DNA of 64,000 bases, from contig JAVRCV020000036.1 in the NCBI GenBank assembly GCA_034530615.2, forward strand, positions 32,001-96,000. The letters are read 5' to 3'. The stretch comes from Aulosira sp. ZfuVER01 (lineage in GTDB: Bacteria > Cyanobacteriota > Cyanobacteriia > Cyanobacteriales > Nostocaceae). Below, in pieces: positions 1 through 11,597 of this stretch. How positions within the stretch are numbered: position 1 is the stretch's first letter; each line of letters opens with the position of its first letter. The notes below the pieces were generated by a model. It was not told the origin of the DNA. It saw only the letters and a program-made list of their open reading frames with translations, and ran no database searches. The position numbers and the translations under genes are program-made.

Positions 1-698
1 CGGGTGGGATGTTCGGCTGCATAGAGAATGGCATCGGCAACCAAACTAGGTTGGTAATATGGGGGAACTCCCGTCGGCTTTACCCCCAATTTAGAGCCAA
101 CTTTATTGTAGAAAGGTGTGTTGATGGTCGCAGGCAGAATTGAAGTAACGCTAATCGGCCATTTTTCGTGTTGTAACTCAACGCGCAAAGCATCGAGAAA
201 TCCTTCCAAACCATGCTTGGCAGCAGAGTATGGGCTTTGTAAAGGCAGACTGCGCCTACCTTCCATTGAAGAAATATGAATTAAAGCCCCCCGCCCCTCT
301 TGCTTGAGATAAGGTAGTGCTGCCATTGCCCCATATACCTGTCCCATCAAAGTCACATCAACAACTCTGGCAAACTCCTCTGGTGTAATTTTCTCAAAAG
401 GACTAATAATACCTGTAGCCGCAGCGTGAACCCAAGTATCGATTCTGCCGTATTCTGCTACAGTTTTATCTGCGATCGCTTTGACTTGTTGAAAGTCACT
501 CACATCTGCAATTACATACTTTGCGTCACCGCCCAAGCTTTGGATCTCATCTACTAAAGACTTCAGCCCTGGTTCGCTACGGGCGGAAACTAAAACCTTT
601 GCACCACGTTCGGCAAACTTCACGGCTGTGTCACGCCCAATCCCACTGGAAGCCCCAACGATAGCTACCACTTGCTGATTAATTGGTTTTAATTGCAT
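1..698 (-). CDS. SDR family oxidoreductase (3' end runs off the window)
   Basis: Not in ORF track; manual translation from ATG at 698 gives MQLKPINQQVVAIVGASSGIGRDTAVKFAERGAKV (Rossmann GxxxGxG) and a YSAAK catalytic motif near 215-230. Confidence 0.9.
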   Translation of the reverse strand, partial: MQLKPINQQVVAIVGASSGIGRDTAVKFAERGAKVLVSARSEPGLKSLVDEIQSLGGDAKYVIADVSDFQQVKAIADKTVAEYGRIDTWVHAAATGIISPFEKITPEEFARVVDVTLMGQVYGAMAALPYLKQEGRGALIHISSMEGRRSLPLQSPYSAAKHGLEGFLDALRVELQHEKWPISVTSILPATINTPFYNKVGSKLGVKPTGVPPYYQPSLVADAILYAAEHPT

Positions 699-779
699 GG
701 TTAATCATTCTTAATGCTTTCCTTCAATCAATAGGTTTGATTTATGCTTGCTGCATCCCTCGCGAGGCTTACGCCAGAG

Positions 780-918
780 GGGAGTGTGGGGAGGGTGGGG
801 AGTGTGGGAAGTGTGGGAAGTGTGGGGAGTGTGGGAAGTGTGGGGAGTGTGGGGAGTGTGGGAAGTGTGGGAAGTGTGGGAAGTGTGGGGAGTGTGGGGA
901 GTGTGGGGAGTGTGGGGA
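780..918. repeat. 9-bp G-rich tandem repeat (GAGTGTGGG / AAGTGTGGG), about 15 units
   Basis: Directly visible; same unit recurs at about 2090-2120 and 32400-32475, and as reverse complement at 2165-2190, 28445-28470, 32755-32780. Confidence 0.95.
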
Positions 919-940
919 GAAACTGCGTTGTAAACTTATC

Positions 941-1223
941 AGGCTTTTAGCTCCGTTAATGAGTCTTTGAACTCCGTTAATGAAGCTTTTAGCTCCGTGA
1001 ACGAGGCTTTGAACTCCGTAAACGAGGCTTTAAGCTTCGTTAATGAGTCTTTGAACCCCGTTAATGAAGCTTTTAGCTCCGTTAATGAAGCTTTGAACTC
1101 CGTTAATGAAGCTTTGAACTCCGTGAATGAGGCTTTAAGCTCCGTGAACGAGGCTTTGAACTCCGTTAATGAGGCTTTTAACTCCGTTAATGAGGCTTTA
1201 AGCTCCGTGAACGAGGCTTTAGC
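941..1223. repeat. 21-bp minisatellite, about 13 units (consensus AGGCTTTRARCTCCGTTAATG)
   Basis: Directly visible; heptad-periodic translation (ASLTELK / NSVNEAL) in ORF track. Confidence 0.95.
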
Positions 1224-1255
1224 CTGAAAGCTCGAGTTTGACAAATGACAAATGA

Positions 1256-1963
1256 CTAACTTCGCCACAAAGCAATTCCACCCAATAAACCGGTGATATT
1301 AGGGATGAGTTTGACATTTAAGGGTAGCTGGAGATTTACCTTGACAGCTTCACCGCCACCAATATAAAGGCATTCATAATTGAATAAATGTTGCAAAGAT
1401 GCGATCGCTTTTTCTAAACGCCTATTCCATTTTTTCTCACCAATTTTTTCTAAAGCTGCTCGTCCTAGCTGTTCTTCGTAAGTCTCTTCTTTGCGAAACT
1501 GATGATGACCCATTTCCATATTCGGCACTAGCTTACCATCGATAAATAAGGCGGAACCAAATCCTGTACCCAAGGTAATCACTAATTCCAAACCTTTACC
1601 TGATATAGCTCCAAGCCCCTGCATATCTGCATCATTAATTACTCGTACAGGCTTGTTTAACTGCTTTGATAAGGCTGTTTGCAAATCAAACCCAATCCAA
1701 TCTCGGTCTAAATTTACCGCCGTTTCCGTCACTCCATAGCGCACTACGCCAGGAAAACCTACCGAAACACGATGAAATTCACCTTGAGAAGCAGCTAAGA
1801 CTACAATCGCATTGATCACTGTCTCTGGTTTAGCTGGTTGGGGTGTCTCTAAACGCGCCCTTTCTGTTAAGGGATGTCCCGTAATATCCAATACCATAGT
1901 TTTGACACCGCTACCACCAATATCGACTGATAGAGTGCGAATTGAGCCATTATCTTCAACCAT
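1256..1963 (-). CDS. ppgK: ROK family sugar kinase, polyphosphate glucokinase-like
   Basis: SVDIGGSGVK, NDAD, TLGTGFGSA, NMEMGH, IGGG motifs; resembles cyanobacterial polyphosphate glucokinase. Confidence 0.8.
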   Translation of the reverse strand: MVEDNGSIRTLSVDIGGSGVKTMVLDITGHPLTERARLETPQPAKPETVINAIVVLAASQGEFHRVSVGFPGVVRYGVTETAVNLDRDWIGFDLQTALSKQLNKPVRVINDADMQGLGAISGKGLELVITLGTGFGSALFIDGKLVPNMEMGHHQFRKEETYEEQLGRAALEKIGEKKWNRRLEKAIASLQHLFNYECLYIGGGEAVKVNLQLPLNVKLIPNITGLLGGIALWRS

Positions 1964-2073
1964 TGCTTTTTCTCCTCGCCATTTGTGCTAATGGTTATTA
2001 TGCTCTGCCACATCTGCTTCGGGTGCAGATGTTTTGAGTGTCTTCACAAGTTCAACAATTCTTAGCGAGGAGT

Positions 2074-2207
2074 GGGGACAAGGGAGATATAGGAGTGTGG
2101 GGAGTGTGGGGAGTGTGGGGAGAAACGAACCACACTTTCTTTATTAGCTCCCCCGTCTTCCCCATCCTCCCACACTTCCCACACTCCTTGTTTGCCCCAT
2201 GCCCCAA
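2074..2207. repeat. Dispersed repeat: converging purine-rich / pyrimidine-rich arms around the core GAGAAACGAACCACACTTTCTTTATTAGCTCCCCC
   Basis: Same core and arms recur at about 32445-32807, where a MITE interrupts them. Confidence 0.85.
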
Positions 2208-2269
2208 GTATGAGTGATACTCACAAACTGAAAGTCAGTAGCTATACTAACAAAACGTCTATTCGCTAG

Positions 2270-4324
<2,055 letters not shown>

Positions 4325-4842
4325 CCTGAAATATCAATTTAGGAGTTTGCAAAGACAAGGAAGACACAGGGGAATTATTACAGAGGTTTCTCCCTCATCT
4401 TCCTTGCTTCGTCATACTTAGGAAATGATTGGCATTAAAATTTCGTCGCGTCTTGGCAGTTTTTTTTCTTTATGAAACAAACCTTTTATAAAAATATCAA
4501 CACCGTATTAACCTTGGTAAACCCCCGACACTCAACCTTGGGCAAGTGATAGTATTTGATTATAGTTAGCTTCCCTCCTGCCTCAACCCTGAACCAGGAT
4601 GCTGTTGTGGTTTATCTTAGCGATCGCCTCCTGGATGATGTCTTCAAGAAAATTAAATATTTTTTGTCCTGTATAGTTTTATGCTGTTCTGCAATACAGA
4701 GGCAGTTTTTACAGAAGGCTGGAGGTGTTTAACTTAGGTTCCCGTTTTCAGCCTGTATACCTGATTATTTGGTTATTCAGTAGTCAGTCATAAGTTTTTT
4801 GGGTGTATTTATTCACTTAAGTATAAATATTCATTACAAAAA

Positions 4843-5991
4843 GTGAGTCAAGCTATGGCAATAGGCTTTTCTCTCCAGCAAGCCGAACATGATTTGGACG
4901 ATTTTAGTGCATTAAATATCCAAAATTTTTGTCAGCTACAATCTGAACAGTTAACTAGTCAGTATCCAATTTTATTTGCTCGTATTGTCTATCATGATTC
5001 TCTGTTGAAAGCTCATCAAGAAGTAATTAGTTATGCTCAATCACAAACTCCTTTCTCTCAGAAAGAGTTAACTTATCTGCGTTCAGAACAGTGGCTTACC
5101 AACTATCCCTCTGTATTTGACTTACAGGAATTTAAGCTTAATAATTTTCCCGGCTTTTCTTACATCTGTCCTCTAGGATATCGAAATCAAAAACCGGAAT
5201 ATATTCAAATAATTGCTGAACAAGCACTTTCTTCTAGTTTGCAACAATATGTACAGCAATCTGCAATGATACTTAGCAAGTATGCGAGTATATATCTAAT
5301 ATACAGCAGACAAAAAAATGAAATTCAATTGCTAGAAGAAGTTTTACATAAAGTAGGACATCAATTGCGGAATTCCTTAGCAATGATCGGACTTTACGCC
5401 CATAATTTATACTTGGGATTAACAGGTAATCAGTGGCAAGAGCAAGCAATAATTATCCGCGAAAGTATCCAAAGTTTAGATAACAATTTGAATGAGCTAC
5501 TTGATTGTAGTCAAGGAGCGAAATTAAGAACATCTTATCAAGACCTGAGGAGTTTAGTACTGGAAAGTATCAAAGGACTACAACCTTTGATTAATCAAAA
5601 GCAACTTAAAATCTCTATACCCGATACATCTACAAATCTAGTAATAGACCGCTTGCAAATGAAGCAAGTCTTCGATAATTTGCTGAGTAATGCAGTTTAT
5701 TTTAGTCCTAACTCCGCAACTATTACTTGTAATTGGCAGATTTTCCAAGATGAAGTGCTAATTAAAATTGTTGACCGAGGAACAGGATTATCTCCAGAAG
5801 ATATCCAAAAAATATTTACTCCTTTTTATTCCCGTCGTCCAGGAGGTACGGGACTGGGTTTAACTATTGCCAAAAAAATTGTTTTAGACCATCGCGGAAA
5901 CTTATGGGCACAAAGTGTATCAGATGGTGGAGCGCAATTTTGTGTAATATTGCCTCGCCCGAAAATGTCTAGGAGTGTCAAAGATGGTTAG
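4843..5991 (+). CDS. Sensor histidine kinase (soluble)
   Basis: H box HQLRNSL, N box FDNLLSNA, DRGTG, FTPF, GTGLGL; no transmembrane segment seen. Confidence 0.92.
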   Translation: MSQAMAIGFSLQQAEHDLDDFSALNIQNFCQLQSEQLTSQYPILFARIVYHDSLLKAHQEVISYAQSQTPFSQKELTYLRSEQWLTNYPSVFDLQEFKLNNFPGFSYICPLGYRNQKPEYIQIIAEQALSSSLQQYVQQSAMILSKYASIYLIYSRQKNEIQLLEEVLHKVGHQLRNSLAMIGLYAHNLYLGLTGNQWQEQAIIIRESIQSLDNNLNELLDCSQGAKLRTSYQDLRSLVLESIKGLQPLINQKQLKISIPDTSTNLVIDRLQMKQVFDNLLSNAVYFSPNSATITCNWQIFQDEVLIKIVDRGTGLSPEDIQKIFTPFYSRRPGGTGLGLTIAKKIVLDHRGNLWAQSVSDGGAQFCVILPRPKMSRSVKDG

Positions 5992-6661
5992 TAGTCAAAA
6001 ACTTTCGGTTTTGCTTGTCGATGATGAAGAACGTTTTCGCCAAGGAATACGTACCCTGCTGAATTTTTATAATATTAACGCTGCATTACCTATAGAAGTT
6101 GTAGGTGAAGCAGACTCTGTAGAACAAGTTTTAAAACTTACACAACAGAAGTCTCCCGATTTAATCTTACTGGATTTACAATTAAGCGGTAGTGATGGCA
6201 TTACTGTTTTAGTTCGTCTGAAGGAAACAGCTTATACTGGCAAAGTTTTGGTGTTATCAGCGCATCAAGAAGATGATTGGATTTTCCGCGCTATGCAAGC
6301 AGGCGCAGCAGGTTATGTATTTAAAAATCGCTTGGCGACTCAATTGGGTGAAGCGATTAAGACTGTCATGCAATCAGAAATTTATCTACCTTCAGAAGTT
6401 GCTAGCCGATTCTTTCGATTCTTTCAAGCCTACTCCGATTCTTCATTAAAAGCTTGCCATCAGTTACACTTAACAGAAAGAGAACAAGAAGTTTTACACT
6501 GGTTAGCTCAAGGTGCTTCCAATGAAGAAATTGCCAAGCATTTATATGTAACAGTTGCGACTGTAAAAGCTCATCTCACTAGCATTTTTGAAAAGTTGAA
6601 AGTTACTAGCCGGACTCAAGCTATTGTAGCTGCCCTCAAGTTAGGACTTGTAAAGGCTTAA
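5984..6661 (+). CDS. NarL/LuxR family response regulator
   Basis: LLVDD, ILLD, YVFK receiver motifs; LTEREQEVL...SNEEIA...TVKAH LuxR HTH; ATG at 5984 preferred over GTG at 5975. Confidence 0.95.
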   Translation: MVSSQKLSVLLVDDEERFRQGIRTLLNFYNINAALPIEVVGEADSVEQVLKLTQQKSPDLILLDLQLSGSDGITVLVRLKETAYTGKVLVLSAHQEDDWIFRAMQAGAAGYVFKNRLATQLGEAIKTVMQSEIYLPSEVASRFFRFFQAYSDSSLKACHQLHLTEREQEVLHWLAQGASNEEIAKHLYVTVATVKAHLTSIFEKLKVTSRTQAIVAALKLGLVKA

Positions 6662-6733
6662 GGGTCAAGAGTCAAAAGTCATATCCAATTTGTTGTGAGG
6701 CAATATAATTTTTACCTCAAATAGTTTTATTAA

Positions 6734-6762
6734 TTTTGAATTTTGAATTTTGAATTTTGAAT
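6734..6762. repeat. STRR-type heptamer repeat (TTTTGAA)x4
   Basis: Directly visible. Confidence 0.85.
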
Positions 6763-6771
6763 TCTCCTTAT

Positions 6772-8901
6772 ATGCCTTCATCTGAATATTTTTATCAAGA
6801 ATACCCTTGCTCTTACAACGCTCCTTTAAATTGCGATCGCCCTTTTCAAACGGCTCAAGAAATCAAAGGAGCTAAGTTCTGTTTGGAATGTGGTTTTCCC
6901 GCAACTTTACCACAGGAGGCGGAAATTAAAGGCAATTGGGGCACATATCAGGTGAATGATTTTTTAGGAGTGCGGGGAAATGGTCGGTTATACGCAGGTA
7001 TTCAGGTTAAGGATCAACAGCCTGTAATCATTAAAGAATACCTGCTACCCAGCCGTTGTTTTAATGAAAAAGAAACTCTTGAGCGTAAAGAAACTTTTAA
7101 GCGGCTGGGAGGCGTAAGTTTAGCGGATAGTAGAACCCCAAATTTTCGGCTTGTCAATACTTGGGAAGCGATCGCAGATGAAAAGGGAGAACGTTGTTAT
7201 TTAATTACTAAAGGAACCGAAACATCCCAAACTTTACGGCAATATCTTAACCAAAATGGGGCAATGACAGCACCGCAAGTGCGTGAAGTACTAAATCAGG
7301 CTCTCCAAACTCTAGAATTTCTGCATAGCCAAAAGCTGCGGTTCCCTTCAAATCAAGTACAGCAAGGACTAGCCCACGGAAACCTTAGTTTAGATAGCAT
7401 CTTAATTCAAGTTGAAAATAATCAAAAATATATATATTTTGACGATTTAGCGATCTGGGAAAATGTATTTATTCCTCCCTCTATTTCCCAACCTGCACCT
7501 TGCAAACGCGAGCATGATTTAGAAGCATTAGGATTAGTGGCTTTTTATTTATGGGTAGGAAGAACTAACGATTATAATCATCAGCCTCTCGACCCCAGAG
7601 AAAATGAACACTGGCCTAATAATGATCATGATTTAAAAAAGTTTATTTCCCGCTTACTGCGGCTAGAAAATCCTTTCTCCAGTGCTGAATCTGCTCGTCA
7701 GGTTTTACTGCAACTACCTCAAGAACATCAAGTAAGTAACTTAATGCAATTACTTGAATCTGAAGAAAAATCACATAATCTACGAACAAAAATAGTTTGG
7801 CTAGTAACTATAGCTTTCCTATTAATAGGAGGCGGAATTTGGTATTATCTTTGGCAGCAGCGTCAACCAGTAGATAATAGTAAATATTTTGCTTGGTTTG
7901 GATTATTACAAACTTTCTCGGAAGTGAACAACGTTCCTTCAGGAAAATTCACCTATACAGGCGAAAAGGATGGAACATGGAGCTTTGTTTTGAAACAACA
8001 GGTTGATAACAATAGTTTAGAAGACTTATTAACCAATCCTAAACCAGAAGTAAAAGCAGAATTTAACTATGAACCAGTTGATTCCATAGATTTAGATAAT
8101 TTTAATCAACCTCTAGAAGAAGTAACAATCGGTAAGAAAGACTTTGCAATTACTAGTTTAGTAAATAAAATAACAGATAAATTAGAGGAAAAAGCAGTTA
8201 TTAATGATGGCTTACTTGTATATGTAGCGTTTAACAAAAAAGATACAAATTTAGCGAATGCTCTAGGAGGAAAAATTACTCTGGAGCAATTGCGCCAAAT
8301 TTATACAGGCAAAATTACCAATTGGCAGCAAATTAATCCTAATCTGCCTAATTTAGATGTTAAACCCTTTGCGCCAACCGAACCGGAAGCAATACAAAAA
8401 TTTCTAGAAATAGTTTTGCAAAACGACCCTCAAGACAAAGCTTTATTTGCAGCGAAAGTTGAGAAATTAGATACAACCAAAACCCAAAACCAAATACGCA
8501 GAGAAATTCTCGAAGGGCGAAATACAGGTATCATTGGTTTTGGGATTGTTGGTAAAACATGGGCCCAGTGTACGGGCTATCCTTTAGCTATAGTTGATGG
8601 TAACAAGCCAGCGAGTCAACCGCTATTCCAACGGCGTTACCGTCGCCCAATTAATACCTCAGATGATTTGTGCCAGCACGATAACTATTTTGTTGATGTG
8701 AATGCTTTTCAAAGTTATCCTTTGAGATACCCTATATTTGTGGTGTACCCTAAAGACAAAAGTCGCCAGCCAGCTGGGTCTACATTTGCTGAGATACTAA
8801 CTACTCGTCAGGGCCAGTGTTTACTTAGTAAAGTAGGTCTGATCCCTTTACAACCTATACCTGATGATATAAATTCCTATGCCTGCAAATCGGTGCCCTA
8901 A
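6772..8901 (+). CDS. Receptor-like Ser/Thr kinase-fold protein (probable pseudokinase) with one TM and a C-terminal PstS-like periplasmic binding domain
   Basis: N-terminal Cys cluster (C..C..CLECG), LGVRGNG, VIIKE, LEFLH; HGNLSLDSIL and FDDL replace HRD and DFG; TM IVWLVTIAFLLIGGGIWYY; DGLLVYV...ITLEQLRQIYTGKITNWQQI and YPLRYPIFVVY PBP motifs. Confidence 0.8.
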   Translation: MPSSEYFYQEYPCSYNAPLNCDRPFQTAQEIKGAKFCLECGFPATLPQEAEIKGNWGTYQVNDFLGVRGNGRLYAGIQVKDQQPVIIKEYLLPSRCFNEKETLERKETFKRLGGVSLADSRTPNFRLVNTWEAIADEKGERCYLITKGTETSQTLRQYLNQNGAMTAPQVREVLNQALQTLEFLHSQKLRFPSNQVQQGLAHGNLSLDSILIQVENNQKYIYFDDLAIWENVFIPPSISQPAPCKREHDLEALGLVAFYLWVGRTNDYNHQPLDPRENEHWPNNDHDLKKFISRLLRLENPFSSAESARQVLLQLPQEHQVSNLMQLLESEEKSHNLRTKIVWLVTIAFLLIGGGIWYYLWQQRQPVDNSKYFAWFGLLQTFSEVNNVPSGKFTYTGEKDGTWSFVLKQQVDNNSLEDLLTNPKPEVKAEFNYEPVDSIDLDNFNQPLEEVTIGKKDFAITSLVNKITDKLEEKAVINDGLLVYVAFNKKDTNLANALGGKITLEQLRQIYTGKITNWQQINPNLPNLDVKPFAPTEPEAIQKFLEIVLQNDPQDKALFAAKVEKLDTTKTQNQIRREILEGRNTGIIGFGIVGKTWAQCTGYPLAIVDGNKPASQPLFQRRYRRPINTSDDLCQHDNYFVDVNAFQSYPLRYPIFVVYPKDKSRQPAGSTFAEILTTRQGQCLLSKVGLIPLQPIPDDINSYACKSVP

Positions 8902-9532
8902 TCCTAATTGTGAATATTTTAATCGGGCTTTGCCCAACAATGCTAAGGTTTGCCCTTGGTGTTCCACTCCCTTGGGTAATGTAATTACACCTACACCAGC
9001 TAGACCCGTTCCGCCTCAAACAACGCCACCACAACCGACTCCACCACAATCAGCGCCGCCCCAACCTGTTCAACCTCAACGACCACCAGCAGTAAATCCA
9101 CCTAGCTATCCACCCCCCGTTGATTATTCCACAGAGTATCAGCAACGAGTTCCTCCATACGTTCCACCTGTACAACCTGCATATACCCCGCCACCGCCCA
9201 GACTACCACTACTGAAGCTAATTCACACTACAGGTAGAGAATTCCAGTGGTCGGGAGAAGCAGGTTATATTGGCCGCCGCAGTCAAAGTATGACAGTTCC
9301 GCCAGAAATTGACTTAACTGGTATTCCCAACGAGGGAATAATTTCTCGTCGCCATGCACGAATTTATTGGGACTGGTCGCAAAATGCTTACATGATTGTT
9401 GATATGAGTACAAATGGTATTTATTTAAATAACACTCTGTTGAATCCTGGCGTGCAATATCGTTTACTAAATGGCGATTCATTGCAGTTCGGTCAGGATA
9501 ATCTTGTACGGTTTACAGCATATATTATGTAG
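8879..9532 (+). CDS. Double zinc ribbon + Pro-rich linker + FHA domain protein
   Basis: CPNPNC...CPWC; FHA motifs IGRR, ISRRHA, DMSTNGIYLN, GDSLQFG. Confidence 0.92.
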   Translation: MPANRCPNPNCEYFNRALPNNAKVCPWCSTPLGNVITPTPARPVPPQTTPPQPTPPQSAPPQPVQPQRPPAVNPPSYPPPVDYSTEYQQRVPPYVPPVQPAYTPPPPRLPLLKLIHTTGREFQWSGEAGYIGRRSQSMTVPPEIDLTGIPNEGIISRRHARIYWDWSQNAYMIVDMSTNGIYLNNTLLNPGVQYRLLNGDSLQFGQDNLVRFTAYIM

Positions 9533-9608
9533 GAGCTATGAGAAGCGATCGCCCAAAACCGACGCTCAGACTTCTCACTTTGTTCTCCTGGGATGAAAAC
9601 TGCCTTTG

Positions 9609-10997
9609 TTACTGGCTCTTAGCCTGGGTTGTAACTGTCAATACTTGTGGTGGTGTAGCATCTGGTGGGTAAATCAAGTCTACTTCTACCAATCTGCGAT
9701 CGCCTGCTGGCATATTTAATAAAGTCAAGGGTTCTCCTGGTTGACCTCGCTTTTGTACCAGGTGAAAAAACTTGGTCTGCGCCTTACCTTGGTCATCGTT
9801 ATAACGAACTCGCACTGTACCCCGGAAGAAAACTTGATTAGCTGGTGTACTCAAAAAGCGTAACCCTGGTTTTACCAACCGATCTTCTTTGAGTGGCGTT
9901 TGGATGGCTACGCTCACAGTTTGCAGACTTTGAGTACTATTATATAGTGGTAATTTCAGACTATATTGAATGCCATAGTTGCCATGAGCTAAGTATGCGG
10001 TATCAGGATAGCGCGCCAGCATCTTCGCACTCTGAATTTGATTAGTTCCTAAGGTTCCACCATGCAAGGTACTCAGAGCGTAAGAGAAGGCTTGTCCTGG
10101 CTGGGGAATTGTCAGATATTTAGCTTTCGGATTATCAACTAAGAAAGCTCGCCACTGAGAACCACTAGCTACTCCGGCTACACGTCCATAAACGCGGGGT
10201 TTGCCACTATCTTCTAGGGGAGTGGGAGTTTTATCGCGCGGGCCAGCGACATCACTATTATTGAGTAAATTTTGCCACTCTTCTAAAGTCGGCGGACGGT
10301 CACTACCATCAGGATTTGTTTGTGCAAACATAGCGAGGCTAGCTGCATAGACTGTACCATTACTGCGTAGCCGCATCAACGTAGACCGACCATTTAAAGG
10401 TGGGGTAAGTCCCTGCACCGGAATCGGCAAATTGAGTAACATCTGGCTTTGTCCTGGTGGAATGATAATTTGGGCGGGGAAAATATCTTGTCGCTCTCCT
10501 CGAAGTACTTCGCTGGTGACGCGATCGCCTGGGCCAGAAAAAACTTTACCTAAGGTATTGTCAATAAAAGATGGTAACGGAATAAAGGGTGCATCTGGTT
10601 GACTCAAGTAACTTGCTGCTTGTAACACATTTACAGTTACTGGCGCTGAACCAGGATTATGCAAAATTATACCTAGATACAAAGACCGTAAATTCTCTGG
10701 TGGTTCAGCCCTTGCAACATGATGAGCAAAAATATCAAATCTACCCCGAAAGGGAAAATTCAAATGAGCAGTTGGGACTTTTTTGCCATCTGGGGGAAAA
10801 GTAGAGAGCAAAATCCCTTCTTTTAATACTAATTCTGGGCTATTGCTATTAAATACAGGTACTGTATCGAGCCGTCCTGGTAAAGGACGCACGATTTGTG
10901 GTTGCACTACTTCTTCAGGTGGTAGTGCAGGAATAGTTGATTGCGCAAGGGTCAAACTTAGTAACAATGGCAACATAGATTTAAATTTTTTCTTCAC
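9609..10997 (-). CDS. Conserved cyanobacterial secreted protein (DUF3370-like)
   Basis: Signal-peptide-like N-terminus; VFNSNSPE, AHGNYG, YPPDATPPQVL motifs. Confidence 0.75.
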   Translation of the reverse strand: MKKKFKSMLPLLLSLTLAQSTIPALPPEEVVQPQIVRPLPGRLDTVPVFNSNSPELVLKEGILLSTFPPDGKKVPTAHLNFPFRGRFDIFAHHVARAEPPENLRSLYLGIILHNPGSAPVTVNVLQAASYLSQPDAPFIPLPSFIDNTLGKVFSGPGDRVTSEVLRGERQDIFPAQIIIPPGQSQMLLNLPIPVQGLTPPLNGRSTLMRLRSNGTVYAASLAMFAQTNPDGSDRPPTLEEWQNLLNNSDVAGPRDKTPTPLEDSGKPRVYGRVAGVASGSQWRAFLVDNPKAKYLTIPQPGQAFSYALSTLHGGTLGTNQIQSAKMLARYPDTAYLAHGNYGIQYSLKLPLYNSTQSLQTVSVAIQTPLKEDRLVKPGLRFLSTPANQVFFRGTVRVRYNDDQGKAQTKFFHLVQKRGQPGEPLTLLNMPAGDRRLVEVDLIYPPDATPPQVLTVTTQAKSQ

Positions 10998-11016
10998 CTT
11001 ACAGACGCCGACAAAT

Positions 11017-11529
11017 TTATGAAAGTGCCAGTTTGTTAATAATTAATACGAAATCTGCCACAATGCTGACAACATTTTCATGATTTAAAACTGGAACATG
11101 GACAAAGATGCAATGCGCTTTCTGGTGGTATTGACGCAGGTAATCCAATACTGAATAATAAAGACCCTCACAAACAAATTTACCGCAGTCGTGGCTAATC
11201 TCAATTGCCGTTGCTCCAAAAATCAATTGCTCTAAATTCACTCTTGTTTGCAAAACACTTTCTGCACAACTAGCACATACTTCCACGGTTAATTGCATCC
11301 GCTTGGCAGCCATGCCACAACAGATGATGCAATCAGGTTGGAGTTCGTGGATTTTTTTGATTACAGAATCACTGGCTAGCTGCACATCTACAGGTAACTG
11401 ACGCAAAAAAGTCAAATGATGAGGTAGCGTATCAAGTTTGGCTACTTCTAGTAATAGATCATCAGAAGAATTTGACTGTTGATCTTTGAGCCAAGTGTCA
11501 AAAGAAGTTAATAGAAACCTTTTCTTCAT
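11017..11529 (-). CDS. Pyroglutamyl-peptidase I (peptidase C15) family protein
   Basis: LLTSF, LPVD, SHDCGKFVCEGLYY (catalytic Cys), FVHVP (catalytic His). Confidence 0.85.
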   Translation of the reverse strand: MKKRFLLTSFDTWLKDQQSNSSDDLLLEVAKLDTLPHHLTFLRQLPVDVQLASDSVIKKIHELQPDCIICCGMAAKRMQLTVEVCASCAESVLQTRVNLEQLIFGATAIEISHDCGKFVCEGLYYSVLDYLRQYHQKAHCIFVHVPVLNHENVVSIVADFVLIINKLALS

Positions 11530-11597
11530 AGGAAATATTATTTAAAATAGAAAAAAATAGAAAACTCCTCCATAATAAATTTACAAGGAGCAGGTCA

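Noticed and set aside
683..970. Cys-rich ORF (CGECGK)n resembling a metallothionein
   Set aside because: It is a translation of the 9-bp repeat, which is open in all three plus frames and occurs elsewhere as non-coding repeat; it also overlaps the SDR start
941..1223. Possible CRISPR array (also 21998-22170)
   Set aside because: Units are directly tandem with no unique spacers, and no cas genes are present
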